This document shows positions 9,171 through 17,279 of a stretch of DNA of 64,000 nt, one piece after another. The translations under genes and the position numbers were made by a program. Source of the DNA: an uncultured Acidobacteriota bacterium (GTDB taxonomy: Bacteria > Acidobacteriota > Thermoanaerobaculia > Gp7-AA8); NCBI GenBank assembly GCA_963822445.1, contig CAWGHO010000002.1, forward strand, positions 96,001-160,000, given 5' to 3'. How positions within the stretch are numbered: the first letter of the stretch is position 1; every line of letters begins with the position of its first letter. A model generated the notes under the pieces. It did no database searches, was not told the origin of the DNA, and was given only the letters and a program-made list of their open reading frames with translations.

Positions 9171-10514
9171 ATGGCGAAGATGTCAACGCGGTTCCCTCCT
9201 GAGTTCGTCTGGGGTGCCGCCACCTCCGCGTATCAGATCGAAGGTTCCCCCCTCGCCGACGGGGCGGGACCGAGCATCTGGCAGCGCTTCAGCCACACAC
9301 CCGGCAGGACCGCGAACGGGGAAACCGGCGACGTGGCCTGCGATCACTACAACCGCTACCGCGACGACGTCGCCCTGATGCGCGACCTCGGCCTGAACGC
9401 TTATCGCTTCAGCATTGCGTGGAGCCGCGTGTTGCCCGAGGGGACGGGCCGCGTCAACGAGAAGGGTCTCGATTTCTATCGCCGCCTCGTCGATGAGCTT
9501 CGCAATGCGGGCATCCGTCCGATGGCCACGCTCTATCACTGGGACCTGCCGGCGGCGCTGGATGATCGCGGCGGCTGGCTGAATCGCGACGTTGCGGACT
9601 GGTTCGCCGAGTACGCGACGGTGATGTATCGCGCGCTCGACGATCGCGTGGATTGGTGGGCGACCATCAACGAGCCGTGGGTTGTCATGGACGGCGGTTA
9701 CCTGCATGGACTGCTCGCGCCGGGACACAGCAATCTGTTCGAAGCGCCGATCGTGACGCACAACCTCCTGCGCGCGCATGGCCGCGCCGTGCAGGCCTAT
9801 CGCGCGGAAGGAAAGCATGCGGTCGGGCTCGTCGTGAATCTCGAGCCGAAGTATTCGGCGTCGGAGAGCGAGGAGGATCTCGCCGCGACGGCGCGCGCCG
9901 ACGCGTACATGAATCGCCACTATCTCGATCCGGTGTTTCGCGGCGCGTATCCGGAGGAGTTTCCGGACATGTGGGGCGAGGCCTGGCCGTCGTTTCCCGC
10001 GGAGGATTTCAAGGACATCACCGCGCCGGTCGACTTCATCGGCATCAATTACTACCTGCGCGGCGTGATGAAGGACGATCCGAAGACCATCGTCGAGCGC
10101 GCGACGCGGGTGCGTCAGCCGAATGCGATCTACACGACCACCGACTGGGAGGTCTATCCCGCGGCGCTGACGAAGGTCCTGCTCTGGTTTCGCGAGCGGT
10201 ACGGCGACATGCCGGTGTACATCACGGAAAACGGCTCGGCGTTTTACGACGCGCCGACAGCGATTTCGGATCCGGTCGAGGATCCGCTTCGCGTTCACTA
10301 CCTGCAGGAACACCTCCGCGCCATGGGTGAAGCTCTCGACGCCGGCGCGAACGTGCGCGGCTACTTCGCCTGGTCGCTCCTCGACAACCTCGAATGGAGC
10401 CTCGGCTACACGAAACGCTTCGGCATCGTTCACGTCGACTTTGCCACGCAGAAGCGGACGCTGAAGCGGAGTGCGCTGGTGTACCGGGATGTGATTCGAA
10501 GCGGAGCGTTGTAG
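9171..10514 (+). CDS. GH1 beta-glucosidase
   Basis: FVWGAATSAYQIEG, acid/base TINEP, nucleophile YITENG, WSLLDNLEW. Start re-called at ATG 9171 (or 9180). Confidence 0.95.
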   Translation: MAKMSTRFPPEFVWGAATSAYQIEGSPLADGAGPSIWQRFSHTPGRTANGETGDVACDHYNRYRDDVALMRDLGLNAYRFSIAWSRVLPEGTGRVNEKGLDFYRRLVDELRNAGIRPMATLYHWDLPAALDDRGGWLNRDVADWFAEYATVMYRALDDRVDWWATINEPWVVMDGGYLHGLLAPGHSNLFEAPIVTHNLLRAHGRAVQAYRAEGKHAVGLVVNLEPKYSASESEEDLAATARADAYMNRHYLDPVFRGAYPEEFPDMWGEAWPSFPAEDFKDITAPVDFIGINYYLRGVMKDDPKTIVERATRVRQPNAIYTTTDWEVYPAALTKVLLWFRERYGDMPVYITENGSAFYDAPTAISDPVEDPLRVHYLQEHLRAMGEALDAGANVRGYFAWSLLDNLEWSLGYTKRFGIVHVDFATQKRTLKRSALVYRDVIRSGAL

Positions 10515-10611
10515 ATGGAGTGCGGCGGCTCTGCCGCCGCTTTGACACCGCGCGGAGCGCGGCTCCGCCGCATCTGAAAAGCGGCGGCAGAGCCGCCGCA
10601 CTCCATCTACA
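10510..10611. repeat. REP doublet (REPIN-like), GGAGTGCGGCGGC family
   Basis: 34-bp perfect inverted arms TGTAGATGGAGTGCGGCGGCTCTGCCGCCGCTTT, each with an internal hairpin, between convergent genes. Confidence 0.9.
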
Positions 10612-13192
10612 TCGGCAACCAGTACGACAACTTCACCAGAACCACATCGTGCGACGGAGCCGTCGGGATCGCGCGCAGGTCGCGATTCAGGCTGAAGTCG
10701 CCGACGCGCTCCACGTCGGAACGGTTCTCGTTCCACACCACGTACAACGCCGAGCCGGGGCGGAACTCCCAGCGCACGACGGCGCTTCCGCGGACGCTGC
10801 GGAAATTGAAATCGCGGCTCGGCGCGGCGCCGGTGTACGGCTCGTAATCGCGAGTGCGCGCGGCCACGAGCGTGTGCGGATCGTGATAGTCGCCCGAGGC
10901 GATGAAGGGTTGGAGATAGAGCTGGAAGGAAAGCTGCGGCGTCAGCGTCCAGTCGGCGCGCGTCCCCAACTCGAACGAGCGTTGTTCCAACTCCGCGAAG
11001 AGATAGCGGATGCCGAATGTTTGCGTCGCGCCGTCGTCCTTGAATTTGTCGAGGAACTGCGTCTGCGTGTGCGACTGCGAGTAATAAGGATTCAGGCTGA
11101 GCTGGACGTTCGGCCTCGGTCTCGCGTTCAGCGACAGCCCGAAACCGCGCGTGTACGAACCGTCGTCGCTCCGGGACTGGTACGTGTTCACGTTGCCGTA
11201 GAACGTCTTGCGGTCATCGCTGCCGATGTGGCCGTCGAAACTCCACGAGCCTGGACTGCGCACCACCGGCCCGCCGCGGGTCAGGCGATCGTCGTAGCTC
11301 GACGGCGTGATGAAGACCGCCGAGCGGAACTCCCAGAAATTCTGCAGAGTGCCGAAACCGTCCGCGAAGAAGCCGCGCTCGATCGTGTCGCCGTCGAAAT
11401 TGCGGTTTTGCCAGCCACCGAACCAGAGATGCTTCTCGCGAAACTTCTTCGTCGGGTTCTGATTCACGTACTGCATCACGAAGTGCGAGGAAATGATGTC
11501 CGTGCGCTGCATGAAACCAGCGTCGTTGGTCTCGTATCCCGGCGAATACGCCTGCACCTGCACGATCGGACGCCAGATCCCGGTGGCCTTCGAGATCATG
11601 GCCTTGCCGCCCCAGCCCGTCAGCGACGTGCGGGTCTCGTCGAGCTCCACATGTCGCGCGTCCGGCCGCTGGTAATAGCGCGATGAGGATTGCTGCGTCA
11701 GCGAGATCGCTTCCTCGCTGCCGCTGACACTCGAGCCGAACAGCGAGCCTTCGAGGATCCAGGACTTGTCGCGGAAGCTCGTGTATGCATCCACACCACC
11801 GGTCAGCGCGGAATCGCGGAGCGACGTCATTTCATCCGGCAGGCGCCGATTCACCGACGTCAACAGGAAGCCGACGCGGGACCGGTCGCCGATCTCCTTC
11901 GTCAGGCGCGAGACGAAGTAATTCGTCATCGGCTCGACCTGCTCGCGTCCGAGCTCGATCTTGTCCTCGATGCCGTCTCCGTCCGCATCGACGCGCCGCC
12001 CGAATCGCGAGCGTTCCGCATCCGTCAACGCATCCAGCACGCCCAGCGACCAGCCGCCGGGCAGGCGACCGGTGATCTTTGCCGCGCCGAGGATCGTCGT
12101 TTCCGCGGGGGAGATGAAAAAGTCCGCGTCCGGCGTCACCTGCGGCGAGCGGCCGATGCGCCGCGTGTAGAAAAGGCTCGGCGCGAACATGAAATTGAAG
12201 TGACTCGGCGCCGGCGTGTCGCCGAAACGGAAGATGTTCACCCCTTCTGTGAAGAACGGCCGCTTCTCCGGATAAAAGGTCTCGAACTCGCTGAGGTTCA
12301 CGACCGCGGGATCGACTTCGACCTGTCCGAAATCGGGATTGATCGTGCCGGTCAGAGTGAGGCTCGACGTCAGCGCGTACTTCACGTCGAGCCCGGCGTC
12401 GACGCGATGATCCTGTCCGGGCAGCAGCGGATTGACGTCCTCGTCGAAACGCGTGCGCACGTCGCCGCGAGTCACCGCGTAAGGCACGAGCTCCAGCGAA
12501 CGGCCGCGGCGGATTCCCTCGATGCCGATAATGTCCGCGAAATGGGAGACGAAGCCGGTCTCCCCCTTCTTCGTATTGACGATGCGCGACCACTCGTTGA
12601 TGCGCGTGGTCCGCCGGGTGATGTTGAGACCCCAGGTGTGCACCGGCTTGTCGTGAAAGCGGAGCTGCGAATACGGGATGCGCACTTCGCCGATCCAGCC
12701 GTCAGGAACGATCTTGACCGCCGAGTCCCACACGCCGTCCCAGCTGCCGTCCTCGCCGATGTCGTTGTAGAGGACCGTGTCGACCTGCACGTTCGCCGGC
12801 GAGATCGTGAACGCGTTTCCGGAAAGGCGATCGAGCTGCGGATCGATGTTGATCGAGAGGAAGTCTGACTGCGTGAACGAATCGCGGCGCGCGAGGATGG
12901 CCGTGGGCGGCTGAGGGTCTTCCATCCTCGCGCCGAAATAGATCGCCTCGTCGTCGTACACGATGCGGATGCTCGTGCGCAGGGTCGCCGGCGCACCGTC
13001 GACGGGATCGTGCTGCGTGAAATCGGTGAACTCCGGCGCGTTCTGCCACGCCGCATCGGAGAGATCGCCGTCGAGCACCGGCGGCGCGGTCACGCGGACG
13101 GCGCGCAGTTGCGGACGATCGGGCCAGTTCGCGGCATGCGCGGCTCCGGCGGCGAGAAGAGCGAGGGCGGCGGCGAGCGCGCGTCTGTTCAT
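10607..13192 (-). CDS. CBM9-like + DUF5916 outer membrane protein
   Basis: PVLDGDLSDAAW, WDGVWDSA, TINPDFGQVEVD, YPEKRPFF, LFYTRRIG; signal peptide. Confidence 0.82.
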   Translation of the reverse strand: MNRRALAAALALLAAGAAHAANWPDRPQLRAVRVTAPPVLDGDLSDAAWQNAPEFTDFTQHDPVDGAPATLRTSIRIVYDDEAIYFGARMEDPQPPTAILARRDSFTQSDFLSINIDPQLDRLSGNAFTISPANVQVDTVLYNDIGEDGSWDGVWDSAVKIVPDGWIGEVRIPYSQLRFHDKPVHTWGLNITRRTTRINEWSRIVNTKKGETGFVSHFADIIGIEGIRRGRSLELVPYAVTRGDVRTRFDEDVNPLLPGQDHRVDAGLDVKYALTSSLTLTGTINPDFGQVEVDPAVVNLSEFETFYPEKRPFFTEGVNIFRFGDTPAPSHFNFMFAPSLFYTRRIGRSPQVTPDADFFISPAETTILGAAKITGRLPGGWSLGVLDALTDAERSRFGRRVDADGDGIEDKIELGREQVEPMTNYFVSRLTKEIGDRSRVGFLLTSVNRRLPDEMTSLRDSALTGGVDAYTSFRDKSWILEGSLFGSSVSGSEEAISLTQQSSSRYYQRPDARHVELDETRTSLTGWGGKAMISKATGIWRPIVQVQAYSPGYETNDAGFMQRTDIISSHFVMQYVNQNPTKKFREKHLWFGGWQNRNFDGDTIERGFFADGFGTLQNFWEFRSAVFITPSSYDDRLTRGGPVVRSPGSWSFDGHIGSDDRKTFYGNVNTYQSRSDDGSYTRGFGLSLNARPRPNVQLSLNPYYSQSHTQTQFLDKFKDDGATQTFGIRYLFAELEQRSFELGTRADWTLTPQLSFQLYLQPFIASGDYHDPHTLVAARTRDYEPYTGAAPSRDFNFRSVRGSAVVRWEFRPGSALYVVWNENRSDVERVGDFSLNRDLRAIPTAPSHDVVLVKLSYWLPM

Positions 13193-13283
13193 CGAACGGG
13201 GATGCTACCGGATCGGCACCTCCCCCGAAATGAACAGTTTCGTTGCATCTGGCGTGTAAAATCCGCGCTCCAAAGTCCAATCA

Positions 13284-14732
13284 ATGGCGCGCTTCCGCGA
13301 CCTGCCGATCCGCAGGAAATTGATGACCGGCTTCATGTTGACGAGCCTGGTCGCGCTGATCATCACCGTCGGCGTGTTCGTCCTGTATGACCGGGCCACA
13401 TTCCAGGAGGAAGTGCTCGAGGACACGAGCGTCCTCGCGGGCATCATCGGCGAGAACGCGGTCCCGTCGCTGCTCTTCAACGATGACGAAGGGGCAAAGG
13501 CGACACTGGCCGCGCTGCGGGCCAAGCCGGACGTCCTTGCCGCTCACCTCTTCGACAACGACGGGCGTCTCTTCGCCTCCTACTCCGGCTTGACGGCGAG
13601 CCAGCCGCCGGCGCGAGTCCCCGCCGATGGACGCCGCATCGAGCCGCGCATGATCACCGTCACCAAGCCGGTCCTCTTCAACGGCAACCGCGTCGGCACA
13701 GTCCATCTGCAATCCGGCCTCGGCGCGCTTCAGGAGCGGCGCCGCAACTACCTCCTCTTGTCGGGACTCGTCCTCGCTGCCGCGGCCGCGGTCGCGCTCA
13801 TCCTCTCTTGGCTCTTCGGACGCGCGATCTCCCGCCCCATCCTTCATCTGCTCGCGGCGGAGAAGCGCGTTTCCCGCGAGAAGAATTACGACGTGCACGT
13901 CGAGCGGCAGGCCAACGACGAAGTGGGAATGCTCATCGACGGCTTCAACGACATGCTCCGCGAGATCCGCACGCGCGACGCCGAGATCGAGGAGCGCCAC
14001 ACGCAGGAGATGGCCCTGGCCCGCTCGATCCAGACCTCGGTGCTCCCGCGCACCTTCGACTTCCCCGGCTTCGACATCTCGGCGGTGATGATGCCGGCCG
14101 AGGAGGTTGGCGGGGATTTTTACGAGTTCCGTGCGGTCGAGGGAGGCGCGTGGATCGGCATCGGCGACGTCACCGGTCACGGCGTCACCTCGGGCCTGAT
14201 CATGATGATGGCCCAGTCGATGTTCACCATGCTCTGCGAGAACTCGAACGGCCACGTCTCGCCGGCGAAGTTCATCTCGCTGATGAATCGGGCCATGTTT
14301 TACAACCTGCGCTCGCGTCTCGATCAGGACAAGTTCATGACCATGGTCGTGGCGAAGATCGATCGCGACGGAAAGATGATTTACGCCGGAGCGCATACCG
14401 ACGTCCTGGTGTATCGCGCGGCCACGAAGACCATCGAGCGCCTGCCGACCGACGGAATCTGGTTGGGAATCTCGGAAGACATCGAGGCCGCTACGACAAA
14501 TCGAACGCTGAATCTCGGGCGAGGCGACATCGCCCTGTTCCACACGGACGGCGTGACCGAAGCGCGCAACAGTGCCGGCGAGTGCTTCGACATGAACCGT
14601 CTCGCCCAACAACTCACCGAGCTGCAGGCGCGTCCCGCCGCGGAGCTCGTGACCCGCATCGCCCAGACCGCATGGTCGTGGGCAGGCACGCCGACGGACG
14701 ACGTCAGTCTGCTGGCAGTGAAGAGGAGCTGA
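13284..14732 (+). CDS. Membrane PP2C/SpoIIE phosphatase with YfiN-type (CHASE8-like) periplasmic sensor and HAMP
   Basis: Two TM helices flanking the LLFND...LFASY sensor, HAMP DEVGMLIDGFNDM, PP2C motifs VGGDFY, GDVTGHG, TDGVTEA, DDVS. Confidence 0.9.
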   Translation: MARFRDLPIRRKLMTGFMLTSLVALIITVGVFVLYDRATFQEEVLEDTSVLAGIIGENAVPSLLFNDDEGAKATLAALRAKPDVLAAHLFDNDGRLFASYSGLTASQPPARVPADGRRIEPRMITVTKPVLFNGNRVGTVHLQSGLGALQERRRNYLLLSGLVLAAAAAVALILSWLFGRAISRPILHLLAAEKRVSREKNYDVHVERQANDEVGMLIDGFNDMLREIRTRDAEIEERHTQEMALARSIQTSVLPRTFDFPGFDISAVMMPAEEVGGDFYEFRAVEGGAWIGIGDVTGHGVTSGLIMMMAQSMFTMLCENSNGHVSPAKFISLMNRAMFYNLRSRLDQDKFMTMVVAKIDRDGKMIYAGAHTDVLVYRAATKTIERLPTDGIWLGISEDIEAATTNRTLNLGRGDIALFHTDGVTEARNSAGECFDMNRLAQQLTELQARPAAELVTRIAQTAWSWAGTPTDDVSLLAVKRS

Positions 14733-15217
14733 TGACGATGCAGACGCAGATCTCCAATGACTACGTCGAACTGAGATTCGGACCGCGATGGACGTACATC
14801 AGTTGCGTCCGTAAATTCGTGGCGAGCTTCTTCATGATCGGACTGGCCGACAAAGAGCGCGCCGAGCAGATCTCCATGGCCGCCTCGGAGCTCCTCGAAA
14901 ACGCAGTGAAGTACGCATCCGACGAGGATTCGTATCTGAAGATCTCCATCGCCAAGCAATCGAGCGAGGTCGATGTCTGCGTGCGCAACCGCGCCGAGCC
15001 GCATCACATCAATACGCTTCGCCGCGAGTTCGCGTTGATTCACGCCGGCGAATCGGAACAGGTTTATCTCAAGAAGATGGAAGAAGCCGCGCAGACCGAA
15101 GGGCAGAGCCGCCTCGGATTGATCCGCATCCTCTTCGAGGCCGGCGCGCGACTCAGGCTCGACGTCAACGACGGCGAGGTCTCCATTCACGCGATCTTCC
15201 CGCTGGAGCAAGCATGA
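14732..15217 (+). CDS. RsbW/slr1658-like ATP-binding (anti-sigma kinase fold) protein
   Basis: N-box SELLENAVKY and G-box SRLGL. ATG 14732 overlaps the PP2C stop and has a GAGGAG RBS. Confidence 0.8.
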   Translation: MTMQTQISNDYVELRFGPRWTYISCVRKFVASFFMIGLADKERAEQISMAASELLENAVKYASDEDSYLKISIAKQSSEVDVCVRNRAEPHHINTLRREFALIHAGESEQVYLKKMEEAAQTEGQSRLGLIRILFEAGARLRLDVNDGEVSIHAIFPLEQA

Positions 15218-15600
15218 GAGAGCCGATCAGTCCGCTCAAGGCCGAAGGGCTGTACATCATTCCGGAGATCGGCCAGGACCAGGTCATGCGCGTGGTCATG
15301 TCCGGCGCCGTGGAAATGCGCGATCCCGGCGACGCGCTCAATCCGTACTGGAACGCGATCGACGAACAGGTTCGTGAGCGTTCGATCAAGCGCGTCGAGC
15401 TCGACGTGCGCGACCTCAACTTCATGAACAGCTCGGGCATCCTCACGCTCGTCCGCTGGATCACGAAACTGAAGAACGCGCCGGCGTATCAGCTCGTGCT
15501 GGAGTACGACCGGAATGTGACCTGGCAGCGGACGAGTATCCCGACGCTCGCGAAACTCGCGCCCGCAGCCGTCGTCACATCGGAGATCAATGGGAACTGA
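15214..15600 (+). CDS. STAS-like/slr1659-like (SiaC-related) phospho-acceptor protein
   Basis: LDVRDLNFMNSSG motif with phospho-acceptor Ser; WQRTS C-terminal motif. Confidence 0.75.
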   Translation: MREPISPLKAEGLYIIPEIGQDQVMRVVMSGAVEMRDPGDALNPYWNAIDEQVRERSIKRVELDVRDLNFMNSSGILTLVRWITKLKNAPAYQLVLEYDRNVTWQRTSIPTLAKLAPAAVVTSEINGN

Positions 15601-17170
15601 TCTCACCTTCGTGGCCGGATCGTCGGCGCCTGAACTGCCGTGCAAATCGTGCGGCAGCGGCTGCAGGCCGATCGACCGCTACTGCAGTCAGTGCGGCGTG
15701 TTCAATCCGACGGGCAGTCTCGACGCGGACAACGCGTCGAACGAGATGCTGAACGCGCCGACGATCATCACTCACGACGTGCCCATTCCCGAGCGTTCCG
15801 CAACGTTCGTGTCCTCCGAGGAGGGAACGATGGTCGCGCCGCGCACGCGCCACGTGCCGCCGCCCGAAGGCGCGCGCGGACGGAATCGCAAGCGCAGCGA
15901 GGCCGAGGCGGCGAAGGCGCTCGAGGCGATGCTCGTGCCGGGCGGCGTGTTCGCGCGGCGCTACCGCATCCAACGTCTGCTGGGTGCCGGGGCGATGGGA
16001 CACGTCGCGTCGGCCATCGACGACTCGATCGATGAAGTCGTCGCCCTCAAGATTCTGTCCGTCCCCGTGCACGAGGATCCGGAGGCGTTCGAGCGCTTCA
16101 AGATGGAGCTGAAGCTCGCCCGCCGCATCCGCCATCGCAACGTCGTGCAGAGCTTCGACCTCGGATTCGCGGACGGTTATCCATACATCTCGATGGAGTA
16201 CATCGACGCGGACAACCTGTCGAAACATCTGCAACGGAAGCACAAGTTCGAGGAGAAGCAGGCCCTGGCGATCTTCCGGCAGGTGCTGCGCGGACTTCGC
16301 GCCGCGCACACACTGGGGATCATCCATCGCGACATCAAGCCGGAGAACATCCTCCTGAACAAGGACGAGGTCGCGTTCATCACCGATTTCGGCATCGCCA
16401 CCACTGCCGATCGCGTGCGCCGTCGCGAGATCGCGGGAACACCGGATTACATGGCGCCGGAACAGCTCCGCGGCGAGGATGTGCTGCCCGCTTCGGATCT
16501 GTACGCATGCGGCGTGATGCTGTACCGGATGGTCGCGGGAGCGCTGCCGTTCCGGGCGAGCACGCTCGCCGGCGTCATCGGCGCTCGCCTGCACGACGAT
16601 CCGCATCCGCTGACCGACAGCGGCGTTTCGATCGAGATGCAGGAGCTCATCGAATCGCTGTTGCGCCGCGATGTGAAGGACCGTCCGCAATCGGTCGATG
16701 AAGTACTCGATCGCGTCGATCTCATCGTGCGCCAGCAGCAAGCGAAATCGACAGGCTCGAAGCGGATGACGGTGCTCGTCGCCGACGCGAACGACGAGAC
16801 CCGCTCCTTCCTGACGAATGTGCTCGAGTCAGACGGCTATCGAGTGCTGCCGACGACCAATGCCCGCGATGCGGTGAACGCTGCGTTCGAACAGCAGCCG
16901 GCTGTGATTTTTCTCGACGCCGGAATTCGCGGCGGATTCGAATCGGCGAACGACGCCGCGTCGTCGCCCGAAACCGCCGACGGCCTGGGCTTCCTGCGCA
17001 TCGTCCGCGGCGACGAACAACTGCGGCGCGTGCCGGTGGTGGTGATGAGCGAGCACGCGCCCGCAGAATTGCAGGAGTCGTTCACGCGGGCGGGGGCGGT
17101 GGAGTTCCTGCTGAAGCCGTTCGCGGCGAGTGACGTGGCGGGGACGATGCTCCGCGCCGTTGCGAGCTAG
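15590..17170 (+). CDS. Zn-ribbon + Hanks Ser/Thr kinase + receiver domain protein
   Basis: CKSC/CSQC; GAGAMG, VALK, HRDIKPEN, DFG, APE; REC motifs VLVAD, IFLD, LKPF. Confidence 0.9.
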   Translation: MGTDLTFVAGSSAPELPCKSCGSGCRPIDRYCSQCGVFNPTGSLDADNASNEMLNAPTIITHDVPIPERSATFVSSEEGTMVAPRTRHVPPPEGARGRNRKRSEAEAAKALEAMLVPGGVFARRYRIQRLLGAGAMGHVASAIDDSIDEVVALKILSVPVHEDPEAFERFKMELKLARRIRHRNVVQSFDLGFADGYPYISMEYIDADNLSKHLQRKHKFEEKQALAIFRQVLRGLRAAHTLGIIHRDIKPENILLNKDEVAFITDFGIATTADRVRRREIAGTPDYMAPEQLRGEDVLPASDLYACGVMLYRMVAGALPFRASTLAGVIGARLHDDPHPLTDSGVSIEMQELIESLLRRDVKDRPQSVDEVLDRVDLIVRQQQAKSTGSKRMTVLVADANDETRSFLTNVLESDGYRVLPTTNARDAVNAAFEQQPAVIFLDAGIRGGFESANDAASSPETADGLGFLRIVRGDEQLRRVPVVVMSEHAPAELQESFTRAGAVEFLLKPFAASDVAGTMLRAVAS

Positions 17171-17178
17171 GGCCTCGG

Positions 17179-17272
17179 GGAGCGGGCGTCCCGCCCGCGC
17201 CGCGTGGCCGTCATCGGCCGCGCGTGTGAGCGCCGGGCGACACGCCCGGCGCGAAGCGAGCGGGACGCTCGC
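17179..17272. repeat. REP-like cluster of four GC hairpins between convergent genes
   Basis: GCGGGCG-TCC-CGCCCGC and inverted GCGAGCG-GGA-CGCTCGC flank two further hairpins. Confidence 0.75.
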
Positions 17273-17279
17273 CGTACGG

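Noticed and set aside
13808-14731. Track ORF 13808-15217 as a 469-aa protein or frameshift fusion
   Set aside because: The upstream part is an alternate frame of the PP2C gene; the real gene starts at ATG 14732 with an RBS.
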